Source of the DNA: Trichodesmium erythraeum IMS101
GTDB taxonomy: Bacteria > Cyanobacteriota > Cyanobacteriia > Cyanobacteriales > Microcoleaceae
Assembly (NCBI RefSeq): GCF_000014265.1
Contig: NC_008312.1
Location: 120,001 to 152,000, forward strand
DNA: 32,000 nucleotides
Direction: 5' to 3'
The notes under the pieces are model-generated. The model ran no database searches. It had not been told where the DNA came from and was given only the letters and a program-made list of their open reading frames with translations. Made by a program: the position numbers and the translations under genes. Positions 20,161 through 31,304 of this stretch are shown here, in pieces (within the stretch, counting starts at the first letter, position 1; the number at the start of each line of letters is the position of its first letter).

Positions 20161-20898
20161 TTATGGCAAATCAAATAAAAGAATTTCTCCATTGGACTTA
20201 GTTGAAATAGAAATATTTTGGATTTCACTTAAAGCAACACCATCTCCAGCGTTGAGAGATAATTTGTTATTAGTATCTACTTCAATATCTACTTCCCCAC
20301 GAGCCACTTGCACCCATCCATAACGGTTATCTTTAAAAGAATAAGAAATGCGATCGCCCTCTCTCAAAACACTTGCAAATAAATCCACATCTTGATTAAC
20401 TTTTAGTGCGCCATCCCTACCATCTACAGCAACTACTAAGTTTAACTTACCAGAGTTTTTTTCTATATTAAAAGAGCTTTGATGATATACTGGTTTTACA
20501 GCATTAGCCTTTGGCAGTAGCCATATTTGTAAAAAATGAACATTTTCTGATGTTGAGCGGTTATATTCACTGTGCATAATTCCTGTACCTGCACTCATGT
20601 GTTGTACATCTCCAGGAGATAATACACCACCTTGACCTATAGTATCTTTATGTTCTAATGATCCTTCTAAGACATAAGTAATAATTTCCATATCTCGATG
20701 TCCATGAGTTCCGAAACCATTACCAGGAGTAACCGTATCTTCATTAATTACTCTGAGGCAACGAAAACCCATGTGTTTGGGATCAAAATAATTTGCAAAA
20801 GAAAATGTATGCTTAGTATTGAGCCAACCATGATTTGCGCCTCCTCTTTCTGTACCTTTTCGTACTTTAACCTTTTCTACCTCTTGTAGTTGAACCAT
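20161..20898 (-). CDS. Pirin family protein (bicupin, quercetin 2,3-dioxygenase-like)
   Basis: RGGANHGWLNTKHTFSFANYFDPKHMGFRCLRVINEDTVTPGNGFGTHGHRDMEIITYVLEGSLEHKD and HMSAGTGIMHSEYN are textbook pirin N-cupin motifs with the metal-binding histidines. Confidence 0.9.
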   Translation of the reverse strand: MVQLQEVEKVKVRKGTERGGANHGWLNTKHTFSFANYFDPKHMGFRCLRVINEDTVTPGNGFGTHGHRDMEIITYVLEGSLEHKDTIGQGGVLSPGDVQHMSAGTGIMHSEYNRSTSENVHFLQIWLLPKANAVKPVYHQSSFNIEKNSGKLNLVVAVDGRDGALKVNQDVDLFASVLREGDRISYSFKDNRYGWVQVARGEVDIEVDTNNKLSLNAGDGVALSEIQNISISTKSNGEILLFDLP

Positions 20899-21414
20899 TT
20901 TTACTAACTCCTGTAAACTTTGATGATTTTTACCTAGATTAAATTGTAGCTATTGATCCTTAGTTTATCCTTAATTTTAACTAATAAAAAAAATTAATAA
21001 ATAATTGGATCAAGTTGATAAAATTATGTGATTATCTACATTTTATTACTTTTTAAGGATATCGCAAATAGTTTCAAACTGTAAATATCAAATAATTTTT
21101 TGAAACTATTGTATTGTCAAATTTTTTCCTGGATACAATTGAGCCTTATAACTTTGGTGAAACACTCTAAGCACCCAAAAATCATTGAGTTTGCTGATTA
21201 ATTATCAAAAAATTGGCTGATATTGGCGAATACCTTTTTGAGTCAAAAAAAGAGTAAGCTTTTAGGTCCAAAAGCTCACATAAATTGGCATTTTAGAGTG
21301 ATTATGGCAGACAAATCAAGGGACAAGTATATCCCACTGCTTTATCTATAATTTTTATTTATCCTTACTTTTGACTATTCTTTTAACTATACATGCTTTT
21401 TAAGTAACACTTAA

Positions 21415-22320
21415 TTAAGGATTATTAAAGTTAATCGATCCTTGATAGCCAGATAACTTGGCTAAATTCTCTAAAGAAATTACACCCTCCTCAAGCTGAC
21501 CGTCAATATCCCAACTTGGATATGCCCTAATACCTGCTGCCACACATAGCTGGGTTTGAGAATTTTGGCCTTTAGGATCGCACTCAATATAGTTGAGTTT
21601 ACTAACAGCTTCTTTACCAAATAACTGCTTCTGATCCTGACAATGACTGCACCAATAAGCACCATACATCTTTGCACCTACTTTTGTTAAATGTTCTGCT
21701 AATGCGACTTTTGTCGGAGTAGAAGTAGTCGTAACCCCAGAAGCACCTGGTTTCTCAGCAGCGGGGCTATGAATTGGAGCATAAACTGCAAATGTTCCTA
21801 CGATAGTAATCATCCCCACAATAATAGCAGTAAAGATTAACTGTCCAATATCTTCCCAATTACGACCAATTAGTGCCAAGATAAGTAGAGATAGGGAACA
21901 AATAGCTGAACTAATACAGTAAAGACAGAGAGATTTAATCTCAAATGCCATGATGTACATCAGGTAGCTACTGAAGATGGTCATAGATACGCTACCTACA
22001 AATATTAATAACCAACTCCAGTTTTCTAGTTTTGAGCGTAATTCCTTTTGAGAATCTGGGTTAATTAACCAAGGTGCGATCGCTGTTGTTCCCATACCAG
22101 CATAAGCTAAAAAGCCAAACAGAGCTAAAGGTAAGCCTAAAACAATAGCGTAGGGACTTTCAAGGACTTTATCACAACCAGTCACAGGGCAAACAACTGT
22201 TCCCCCTGTTAATTTTTCTATAGTAAGATAAGCTGTAATTGTAGCACCTACTGCTGTAATACCAGCAATAATAAAACGTGAATTACGATGAATCCAGGGT
22301 TTAGAGCGTTTACTAACCAT
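21415..22320 (-). CDS. Vitamin K epoxide reductase (VKOR) homolog fused to a thioredoxin-like domain
   Basis: Membrane VKOR core with a cysteine pair (VVCPVTGCDKV) and CxxC (CLYC). A C-terminal Trx-like domain carries CSHC (YGAYWCSHCQDQKQLFG). The 301-aa fusion architecture is characteristic of cyanobacteria. Confidence 0.9.
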   Translation of the reverse strand: MVSKRSKPWIHRNSRFIIAGITAVGATITAYLTIEKLTGGTVVCPVTGCDKVLESPYAIVLGLPLALFGFLAYAGMGTTAIAPWLINPDSQKELRSKLENWSWLLIFVGSVSMTIFSSYLMYIMAFEIKSLCLYCISSAICSLSLLILALIGRNWEDIGQLIFTAIIVGMITIVGTFAVYAPIHSPAAEKPGASGVTTTSTPTKVALAEHLTKVGAKMYGAYWCSHCQDQKQLFGKEAVSKLNYIECDPKGQNSQTQLCVAAGIRAYPSWDIDGQLEEGVISLENLAKLSGYQGSINFNNP

Positions 22321-23292
22321 TGGTATCTCCTATTTAATGTAGTTTCTCTTGATCCTATTGGCTCTCTGGGTGAACTGAAAAGTCTATTTAGAGAGCTCTA
22401 TAGTAAAATATTTTATCTATAATTGATTAAACGTATATATTTTATTGCTCTTAATTTACCAATTCACTTCAATACTGACTCTTGATCAAAAAAGCTATTG
22501 AGCATTTTTTTATTTCTTAATAATTGAAGCATAACCTCAGTACATTATTATTACATAATTATTGGTATAACAGTATATCATACTAAAAAACAATAAAACT
22601 GGTATTTCTGTATAGTAATGGTAAGATATTAGATATTTAGAACAATAAAATTCAGTTTGTACTAGATGAATTGTCCTAAATGCCAGTCTACTAAAATTAT
22701 AAAGTATCGGCATACTCACCCATCGGTTACCTCGCTCCCGTTGTCCCCACGATGAGCCGACAATTTGTGGAATATCCTAGCAGAACGTCTATTGATGAGG
22801 CTACAAGAATATTAATTGATAAAATATTGCCAGATCCATTCGCATTGGCTGCAATTCCCTATGGGATGCTACGGAAAGGCCAGAATTACTAGTGTTTTCC
22901 CACTTATGGCTACAGATGTATGTAAATAATAAATATGAGCAAGCTCAACAAATAGGAAGTTGATGTTACAAAAAAAACAGGCAAATTGACAACTTATAAG
23001 GAGGAAATATGCTCTTACGTCGGGTATAAAGCTAATAAGAAATGGATTTTGCATGCTTAAGATATTAGCGATCGCTCAATCTTAGTCCCATATATTGGCG
23101 CAAGTTATCAAGTACGACAGCTACATTGCTCTAGACAATTAGCTCAAGGTTTTTGGGAGTCATTACCTTCAGTATATCGTCAATGTGCCGTTTGCTATAA
23201 AGATTTTGGGGGGCAACTCTGAGGAAGTTCTACCTTCAAGGCGACATCAAGCTGTCGGTAAGGAAACAGGTAAAAATAGCTATATAGAAAGA

Positions 23293-23301
23293 CTTAACAA
23301 T
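23293..23301. repeat. 9-bp target-site duplication CTTAACAAT of the IS4-like element (partner at 24926..24934)
   Basis: Exact 9/9 direct repeat immediately outside both terminal inverted repeats. Confidence 0.9.
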
Positions 23302-23404
23302 CTCACGGGGTGACAAGCTAGTTGAAAGCTATATATAGAAAGGAATTTGTGTTCGGGAACTGAAGAATATTTCAACAAAAAGAAAACGCTTATTGGACTG
23401 GGAA

Positions 23405-23443
23405 GGGGTGTAGTGCGAGCGCTCTGCGCTCGCACTACACCCC
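23405..23443. repeat. GC-rich perfect hairpin (18-bp stem, loop TCT) at the inner edge of the left terminal repeat
   Basis: GGGGTGTAGTGCGAGCGC TCT GCGCTCGCACTACACCCC, read directly. Confidence 0.9.
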
Positions 23444-24781
23444 CTACCCATGGTTGATTATTTATTCATTACAACATTAAAAAAAACTGTTAAAAATATG
23501 ATAAAAAAGGGTTAATAATTACAAAAAAAAAAGAAGAAAAAGTGAATATATTAGGCTTTTATCAAGACCATATTAAGCAAAAGTTGAGTCCATCTCAAGT
23601 AGTAACATTACAAATATTATTATACTTAATTTCAGTACATAAAACTGTACAAATATCAAAGCTAACCAATTATTTTCAGCTACCAATTAAATCAGAAAGT
23701 AAGCGAAAACTTATGCGAAAGATTTTTAACCCTAAAGGAATTAAGTTTACCTATATTTTGGTTCCCTTTAGTCAAAATAATGGTAAAAAATCTCTTCAGC
23801 TTTACCTCAGAGTTAGTGTTGATTTTAGACCGCACTCAGTGGCAAAATATTAATATTTTAATGATAACTGTAGCTTGGAAAAAGACAGCTTTACCTATAT
23901 ATTGGAAGATTTTATCTCATAAAGGAGCTAGTAATTTAACCGAACAAAAATCAGTAATTCGCCCTGTATTAAAATTATTGAAAGCACACAAAATAATTCT
24001 CACAGCACCCTAGAATTCCACAGTATTTTCCTGTGCCATTGGTTGAAAGAATATAAAAAAAAAGACGTATATTTTGTCTTAAGACAAAAAAATCAACTAT
24101 GATAAAACGAGGGAGAAAATATTGTCAACTCTCAGAGTTAAAAGTAAATATCGGTGAATCCCAACTATTATTGAATCAAAAAATTACCAAAATTTTGAAG
24201 GTAGGAACATATAATTTACTTGTATATAAAAGACAGAAATATCGTCACAATTCTGTTTCAGAGAAATGGTATATTCTCTCCAATTTATCATAGTAATGTG
24301 GAAAAGTTAAAAAAATATATAGCCAGAGAATGGCTATAGAAGCCATGTTTAAGGATTATAAAACTGGTGGTTATAATCTAGAATCAGCAAAAGCCAACGA
24401 AACTAGACTTAATAATCTAATTTTATTAATAGCTATTTCATACACAGTTAGTTCATTTAAAGGACAAGAAATTAAAAACAAAGGAGTTCAAGAATATATA
24501 TCAAGAACTAATGAAAGAGGTAGAAAAGAAAGAAGAAACAGTAGTTTTTGCTTAGGGTTATCTAGTATTTATTGGGCAATAAATGATGATTTAATGTGGA
24601 AATTAGTAGAAAATTTAATGAGCCTTAATCCTCATAAATTACTATATTATCGCAGGGGAATAAAAGCGATGAATAAAGTGGTTAATTAGACTGTAATTTT
24701 TGATTAAAAATTAATTAATAAAGTTAAGTTTTTTCATGATATTATTCTACTGCACAACTTGAATTATTATTCAACCCAGTT

Positions 24782-24824
24782 AGGGGGTGTAGTGCGAGCG
24801 CTCTGCGCTCGCACTACACCCCCT
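24782..24824. repeat. GC-rich perfect hairpin (20-bp stem, loop TCT) at the inner edge of the right terminal repeat
   Basis: AGGGGGTGTAGTGCGAGCGC TCT GCGCTCGCACTACACCCCCT, read directly. Confidence 0.9.
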
Positions 24825-26370
24825 TCCCAGTCCAATAAGGATTTTTTTTTATTGAATTATTCCTCAGCTCCTGAAGGTAAATCCCTTTATATATATAGCT
24901 TTCAACTGGCTTGTCACCCCGTGAGCTTAACAATACAATGCAACATGGAAAAGGAAGTTTATAGGGAAAACATTATCCTTTTCTAAAAAGTTAAGTAATC
25001 ACATTTGAGTTATATAAAAACTTATATATCATTACAATAATACAATTTGTACTTGACCATTACTATGTAAAACTACTAAAAAACTTTGCTACACTTAGGT
25101 TTTATATTTATAAATACTATTTATTGACATAATTTTATTTTTACCTAAATTATATAATCTTTATATTTATTTTTAATACTTTCTAAGTGTAACATTTTTT
25201 TTGAAAAATAATATTAAGTAGTTATACAAAATTTATTGCGCATTTATACAAACTAAATTCTTAGCTTGCTTGTGATTTTAAATAATTAGAGTGATCTGAA
25301 AAAAACTAAAGGTATTTACTTAAGTGTTGCTCAAATCAAACAGCTCAGGTGCATCTCAATTAAGGGATAAGTAATTGTATTCAAGAAGAGAGAATGCTCA
25401 AGCCACTGCGTTAATTTACTAGTAAACTTGAACTATAAAGCATTGTTATTTTTGGGGTTTGGCGATCGCATTTATACAACATGAAAATCCAGCAGCAAAA
25501 GCACCATTAAGATAAGCACAATGATGCTGGAGTATAAGGGAAACATTTTTTCGTGACCATTGTGCCCCTGGCAATTTAACCCGTAACCCAGTTTATTTGA
25601 CTAGAAGTTCAATTAATCCTAAACCTATTGAATTTCCTGTTGCTTTCCTGGCTTGGTAGTTAATAATGACAGATTGATGCTTTCTCAAGTTAAGTCAAGT
25701 CATTTCTAGTAACAACTCTTTTATTGTCTCTTTTTTTTCTCTCTGTTTTCTTGAGTATAATTATTATACCTCATTTTTGAGTATAATTATTGATCGCTTA
25801 ATTGAGATACATCCAACAGCTATCCTTAGATTGAACAATTTATTCTTTGATATTTTGAGATCAATATTGTGTTTATACAGTTCTTTATTTGCAACTCAAA
25901 TCTGACATTTTGCATCAGGATTAGTTGTATAATTGCTTACTTTTTCTAAGTAAATAACTAAATTAATTAAGGTCGAGTTTATGTGACAAATTAGTAAAAA
26001 TTGGTATGAGATAAAGATGATTAAAGCCTATATTGTTGTTAAGAAAAATCAGTAGTAGATTAGTTATCTATTAAGTTAGGATTTTTGAGGAATTATTTTA
26101 ATGCTTTGTTATAAATATATAGATTAATAAGTACGCTATATAGATCCTACTTTGGTAAGTCTTTATCTTGATTGAATCGGTCTTCATATTGGTTAAGCAT
26201 TCAGCTATTAGCGTTTAAATCTTAGCTTTTTAATAAATGAACCATTTAAGTATATTAAATGTCATAAAACTGACATTCAAGAGTTATTATTGAACCATTA
26301 TTTATTGCAAATTAAATGTTTATTATTTCAGAATATAGATAATTTTGATATAAATAGTCATTTTAAACCC

Positions 26371-26399
26371 TTGACAATTCAAGTATATAAAGGTAAAAT
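26371..26399 (+). promoter_or_regulatory. Sigma70-like promoter candidate TTGACA-N17-TAAAAT
   Basis: Exact -35 hexamer, 17-bp spacer and an A/T-rich -10, about 270 bp upstream of the small ORF at 26668. Such matches arise easily in AT-rich DNA. Confidence 0.25.
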
Positions 26400-26667
26400 A
26401 TTATTCACAATCATGATAAAATTAAAAACCTAATTATATCATAAAAATTATTTTTTTTATTGAAAATCAGAGATTTGTAATTAATATTAATTTATTCAAT
26501 TTTTAACTAAGAATTTATACTTAAAAAAAACAAATTATGTTCACAAAAAATTAATAAAAAGCTGTAAATAGTATTGTATTTAACAATAAAAAATATTCAT
26601 TTAGAGATATAAAAAGAATATAGATAGTAATTAACGATCTAAACAGCAAAAAAATCAGGAGATTACA

Positions 26668-26931
26668 GTGAAAAGTTATTTTATCCTCTCTGCATTAGCT
26701 TGTCTAGGTATCTTCTTACAAGCAGGATCAGCTAATGATCAGTATAATTGCGATTTTAAATACAAAATAGGTAATAATGATTGGGTTCAAGATAGTGCCA
26801 GTGGAACAACTCGTTCTTTAGCCAAAGTTTCAGTTGCAGCTTTTCTAGAAAACAAAGAATCTCAAGCGAATAGTTCTGGCCAAGATTTTGAGTCAGCTCA
26901 ATTATTTTGTAATGATATACTAAAGGATTAA
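26668..26931 (+). CDS. Small secreted hypothetical protein (87 aa, GTG start)
   Basis: AGGAG lies 7 nt upstream of the GTG. The N-terminus looks like a Sec signal peptide (KSYFILSALACLGIFLQAGSA/NDQ). The mature part has two cysteines. No family recognised. Confidence 0.4.
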   Translation: MKSYFILSALACLGIFLQAGSANDQYNCDFKYKIGNNDWVQDSASGTTRSLAKVSVAAFLENKESQANSSGQDFESAQLFCNDILKD

Positions 26932-27296
26932 TCTAAACATTGTAATTGGGGAAATTAAAATTCTAGCTATGAGATAGCTTTCCAGCTTCAAATAGTTGTT
27001 GAAATTTGGGTAATAAAGTGAATTCATTTCACAATTAAGTTTCTATGCCCTGCCAAAAATTGAAATTAATACTTCCAAAGTAGTTCCTATTAACAGTACT
27101 TTAACATTTATAAAAACGCGAAAATGCTTATTCTTACTAAGCATTGGGGGCACGAAAATACGCAACTATTGCTACGAATGGCTCAAACCTAGATAGGTCA
27201 TAGAACAGGTTAATCAAATTTCAAACCTATATATAAAGCTTTGATGCTATTTTTAGCATATTTTTCCTCAAATTTTTACTCAAAGTATTAAATAGG

Positions 27297-27327
27297 AGTT
27301 CCCATTGAAAAACGGGAACTTTTTTTT
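27297..27327 (+). terminator. Rho-independent terminator
   Basis: AGTTCCC-ATTGAAAAAC-GGGAACT stem-loop followed by eight T. Lies 366 nt after the stop of the 26668..26931 ORF. Confidence 0.5.
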
Positions 27328-27657
27328 AGTTCTCAAAACTTAAGGCATTGACTGCCATAACACTAAATCTTTTGGTTAGGACTGGAGAATTTGGCTTGTA
27401 AGGGAATAGGAAACAGGAAATAGAGAACAGATAAATATCCTAAGGTATTTGCGTAGTGCTATATAATTACTTTTGAATGCATCGCTTTTTGACTTGCATC
27501 GCCAAACATTGGTTAATTCTGTTTCCGGAAAATTAAAGTCGGAAAAACTCACTTCATTAATTACTTTTGAATGGGTGGGTTCCCCTTTTAGGGAAGAATA
27601 GGAAGGTTGAATTGTGACTGGCGCATAGCGCTATAATATGATATCCAAAATTTAATT

Positions 27658-28572
27658 ATGTCCGAAAATCAACTTTTATTAGCATCAGGTACTCTCACAG
27701 AAAGACTCAAACAACAAACTAAATATGCTCTCTATTGTGGCGCACTCCAACCGATACCCACAGAATATGAATTTGTGGAACAGGATAATATTCGCTTTGT
27801 GGTGCGCATTTTGTCTAATTTATCGGGTAAAGAGCAAGCTAGAAAACAGCAGGAAAAAAATATTATTGTTACTGGCCAAGATTTTAACCCTTTTCTACCT
27901 TATGAGAAAGACTTATTTGTTGCAGACATCTCTACAACTCATCTGTGTCTGTTGAATAAATATAATGTTGTTGATTATCATTTACTTATTGTTACTAGAG
28001 AATTTGAGGAACAAGAAAGTTTACTTAATTTGCAAGATTTTCAAGCTTTGGGTAGTTGTATGGGAGAGTTTGAAGGTTTAGCTTTTTATAACGGTGGTAA
28101 AACTGCGGGTGCGAGTCAACGTCATAAACATTTGCAGGTAGTTCCTCTTCCTATGATACCTAGTGGAGAGAAAATACCGATAGATAGAGCGATCGCTACT
28201 GCTAAGTTTAATAACGGGATAGGTATTACGTCACAATTTCCTTTTAGACACGCTATAGCTAAGTTAGATGTTGCTTGGGTGCATTCTCCGGTTGAGTCTG
28301 CTGCTGAAATACTGGAATTTTATTTGACTTTGCTCAAGGCAGTGGGGATAGAAAGTCGTGATGGAATGAATGGGAAACAGTCTGGTCATTATAATCTTTT
28401 GGTAACGGGAGAATGGATGTTAGTTGTGCCGCGATCATATGAATATTTTCAGTCTATTTCTGTAAATAGTTTGGGTTTTGCAGGTGCTTTGTTGGTAAAA
28501 AACCAGGAACAAATGAATATTATTAAGGAGCAGAAACCTTTAACTATTCTGCGTCATGTTGCTGCTGGGTAA
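27658..28572 (+). CDS. ATP adenylyltransferase / Ap4A phosphorylase family protein (GalT branch of the HIT superfamily)
   Basis: FNPFLPYEKDLFVADISTTHLCLLNKYNVVDYHLLIVTREFEEQ and the histidine motif GASQRHKHLQVVPLP. Confidence 0.8.
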   Translation: MSENQLLLASGTLTERLKQQTKYALYCGALQPIPTEYEFVEQDNIRFVVRILSNLSGKEQARKQQEKNIIVTGQDFNPFLPYEKDLFVADISTTHLCLLNKYNVVDYHLLIVTREFEEQESLLNLQDFQALGSCMGEFEGLAFYNGGKTAGASQRHKHLQVVPLPMIPSGEKIPIDRAIATAKFNNGIGITSQFPFRHAIAKLDVAWVHSPVESAAEILEFYLTLLKAVGIESRDGMNGKQSGHYNLLVTGEWMLVVPRSYEYFQSISVNSLGFAGALLVKNQEQMNIIKEQKPLTILRHVAAG

Positions 28573-29102
28573 TGACAATAATATAGTTTTTTGGGAGGAG
28601 TAAAGAAAAGAAAATTATCTTTGAGGAGGCATTCTCAAAATTTCCAGAAGCAATCTTTTTTACAAATATGAGAGACTTCTCCTACAGTATCAAATAACTA
28701 CCAAATTATTGTCATATCTAATAGACATCTGCGGAAACTAAGTTCTTACCCAGGTATTTCAAAGGCTTTATATTAATTATCGCAGATGTCTAATATAAAT
28801 CTAGGCAAAACATTTTCACTAGATCATGTTTCAGGTAAGTCTAATATTTCCCATCTTTTACCAGTACGATCAACTACCGGATAGTGCTACATAGTATAGC
28901 AAAGTGTGCTGGTATATTGACAATTTTTCTTGATGATGGGTTATTTTAAAGGGTTTGAACTATAAATATGCCTAATCTCACTGCTATCCCACAAATGGTT
29001 TGTGATTTAATATAGATGCCTAAGTCCTGAACTTGTGAATATGAAACACAAAAAATTGTGCTATTGCCCTACTACCCTACTTCCTTGCTTCCCTGTTACT
29101 AT

Positions 29103-29222
29103 AAAAAAAACGGTGTTGCTGAAAAAGTTATGAAAATGAAAATTGAATGATGAAATAACTTTATTCAATAGTTTGGCAATTACTAAAAAATACAAATCAT
29201 ATCCACCCATCAGCAACGCCTA
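29103..29222 (-). terminator. Possible terminator of por: long imperfect hairpin followed by U8
   Basis: On the minus strand, GGCGTTGCTGA (29220-29210) pairs with TCAGCAACACC (29122-29112), with one G-U pair. An inner stem AAAGTTAT/ATAACTTT is present. Eight T follow (29110-29103). The loop region is unusually long. Confidence 0.3.
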
Positions 29223-29230
29223 AAAAAAAA

Positions 29231-30232
<1,002 letters not shown>

Positions 30233-30597
30233 CTAATTGCTTTATTTTACAACAGGTTTAGCCAAATCAAAAATCAAATGTGAATCACTAGAATAAATTT
30301 ATTTTATAGGCTTACTGAAAGAAACTCGGTTGCTAGGACCTTGGACTGAGTTGATAATTTGCGTTATGTAAGCGATATAGTATTAAAATCATCTCAAATA
30401 ACAATGTACAGGACTTACGCAAGCACGCTATATATAGTTTGCTGTCATATTCAATTATTTATACTATAATTAGTTGTTTTTCGGATACATATCACTTTGA
30501 ATATATATGATCTAGTGCCAGTAAAAAAGCAAAGTTTTTCCAGGAAAATAGATTACAAATTGTTCAATTAATTTGCTAAAAATCTTTAATTATTAGA

Positions 30598-30606
30598 CAA
30601 TAATGG
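30598..30606. repeat. 9-bp CAATAATGG immediately outside the left end of IS copy C; identical to 15035..15043
   Basis: Exact match at the exact junction (see 15035..15043). Confidence 0.8.
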
Positions 30607-31304
30607 GGCTTTGTTGTATAAAGATAGAAAATATGGTAACAATAAGCGTGTGGCACAAGAAACCTATAGTAAGGGTAGAGATGAGTAAGTCCAAGTCCAA
30701 GTCTAAGTACCTCTTCAGCAACTGGTCGTAGGTCTGATGCGTCCCTAAGACAGAGAGGGAGCCTCACATTTTGGTTGAATGATGAAGTCATAGAGCAGTG
30801 GGTAAATCAACAAAAAACTGGACGTAGGGGGGCATCAAATACCTATAGCAATACGGCCATTGAATTTATGGTCACTATACAATCATTGTTTGGTCTGGCC
30901 GGACGACAGACTGAAGGTTTTGTCGAATCTATATTTCAATTGATGGACTTAGATTTACCAGTACCAGACCATAGCACTGTATCCCGTCCCTTGCTCAAAC
31001 TGAATATCCAACTGCCAGTTATACCAACTAATGAAACTATTCCGTACAGTAGTAGACTCTACAGGGGTGAAAGTTTACGGAGAAGGTGAATGGAAAACAA
31101 AAGTTCATGGTGTCAGTAAACGGCGTACATGGGGTAAATTACACCTAGGAGTAAATGAGGCTACAGGAGAGATTGTCAGTGGAGTAGTGACTACCAATGA
31201 TGTCAGTGATTCACAAGCATTTTCTGAACTTGAGAAATGGAGTAGATGGGGAAATAGCCCAAGTATCAGGAGATGGAGCAGATCACAAGTATAAATGTTA
31301 CGAG
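30607..31304 (+). mobile_element. IS903-group insertion sequence, copy C, truncated at element coordinate 698
   Basis: Same left end and the same first frameshift as A and B (ORFs 30775..31089 and 31031..31294). Identity ends after ...AAATGTTACGAG at 31304, where an IS1-family terminus begins. Confidence 0.9.

Larger units (their letters stand above)
23302..24925 (+). mobile_element. IS4-family-like insertion sequence (1624 bp) with ~145-bp terminal inverted repeats; transposase decayed
   Basis: Ends are CTCACGGGGTGACAAGC[T/C]AGTTGAAAGCTATATATA in inverted orientation. The inverted similarity continues for about 145 bp. The transposase is broken into ORFs 23542..23853, 23780..24013, 24099..24293 and 24330..24689. 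The last contains the IS4-type YxxR...E...K region (YIARE / AIEAMFKDYKTGGYNLES). Confidence 0.75.
22601..25076 (+). mobile_element. Decayed IS1-family element, interrupted by the IS4-like element at 23302..24925
   Basis: Imperfect terminal repeats: GGTATTTCTGTATAGTAATGGTAAG (22601-22625) and the reverse complement of 25052-25076 (GTAGTTTTACATAGTAATGGTCAAG). InsA/InsB-like reading in broken frames: MNCPKCQSTKIIK, RQFVEYPSRTSIDEATRILIDKIL, LPSVYRQCAVCYKDF, VLPSRRHQAVGKETGKNSYIERLNN. The reading continues after the insert. About 843 bp once the insert and its duplication are removed. Confidence 0.6.

Noticed and set aside
22537-23054. Minus-strand ORFs 22537..22719 and 22869..23054
   Set aside because: They overlap the IS1-family relic, whose plus strand carries the recognisable InsA/InsB-like reading.
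24759-24986. 75-aa ORF (MNYYSTQLGGVVRALCARTTPPSQ...)
   Set aside because: It runs through the GC-rich hairpin and the right terminal repeat of the IS4-like element and into the IS1 relic. It is an artefact of repeat sequence.
22592-25085. Possible target duplication of the IS1 relic (AATAAAACT at 22592-22600 vs TAAAAAACT at 25077-25085)
   Set aside because: Only 7 of 9 positions match, in A-rich low-complexity sequence. The match could easily be chance.
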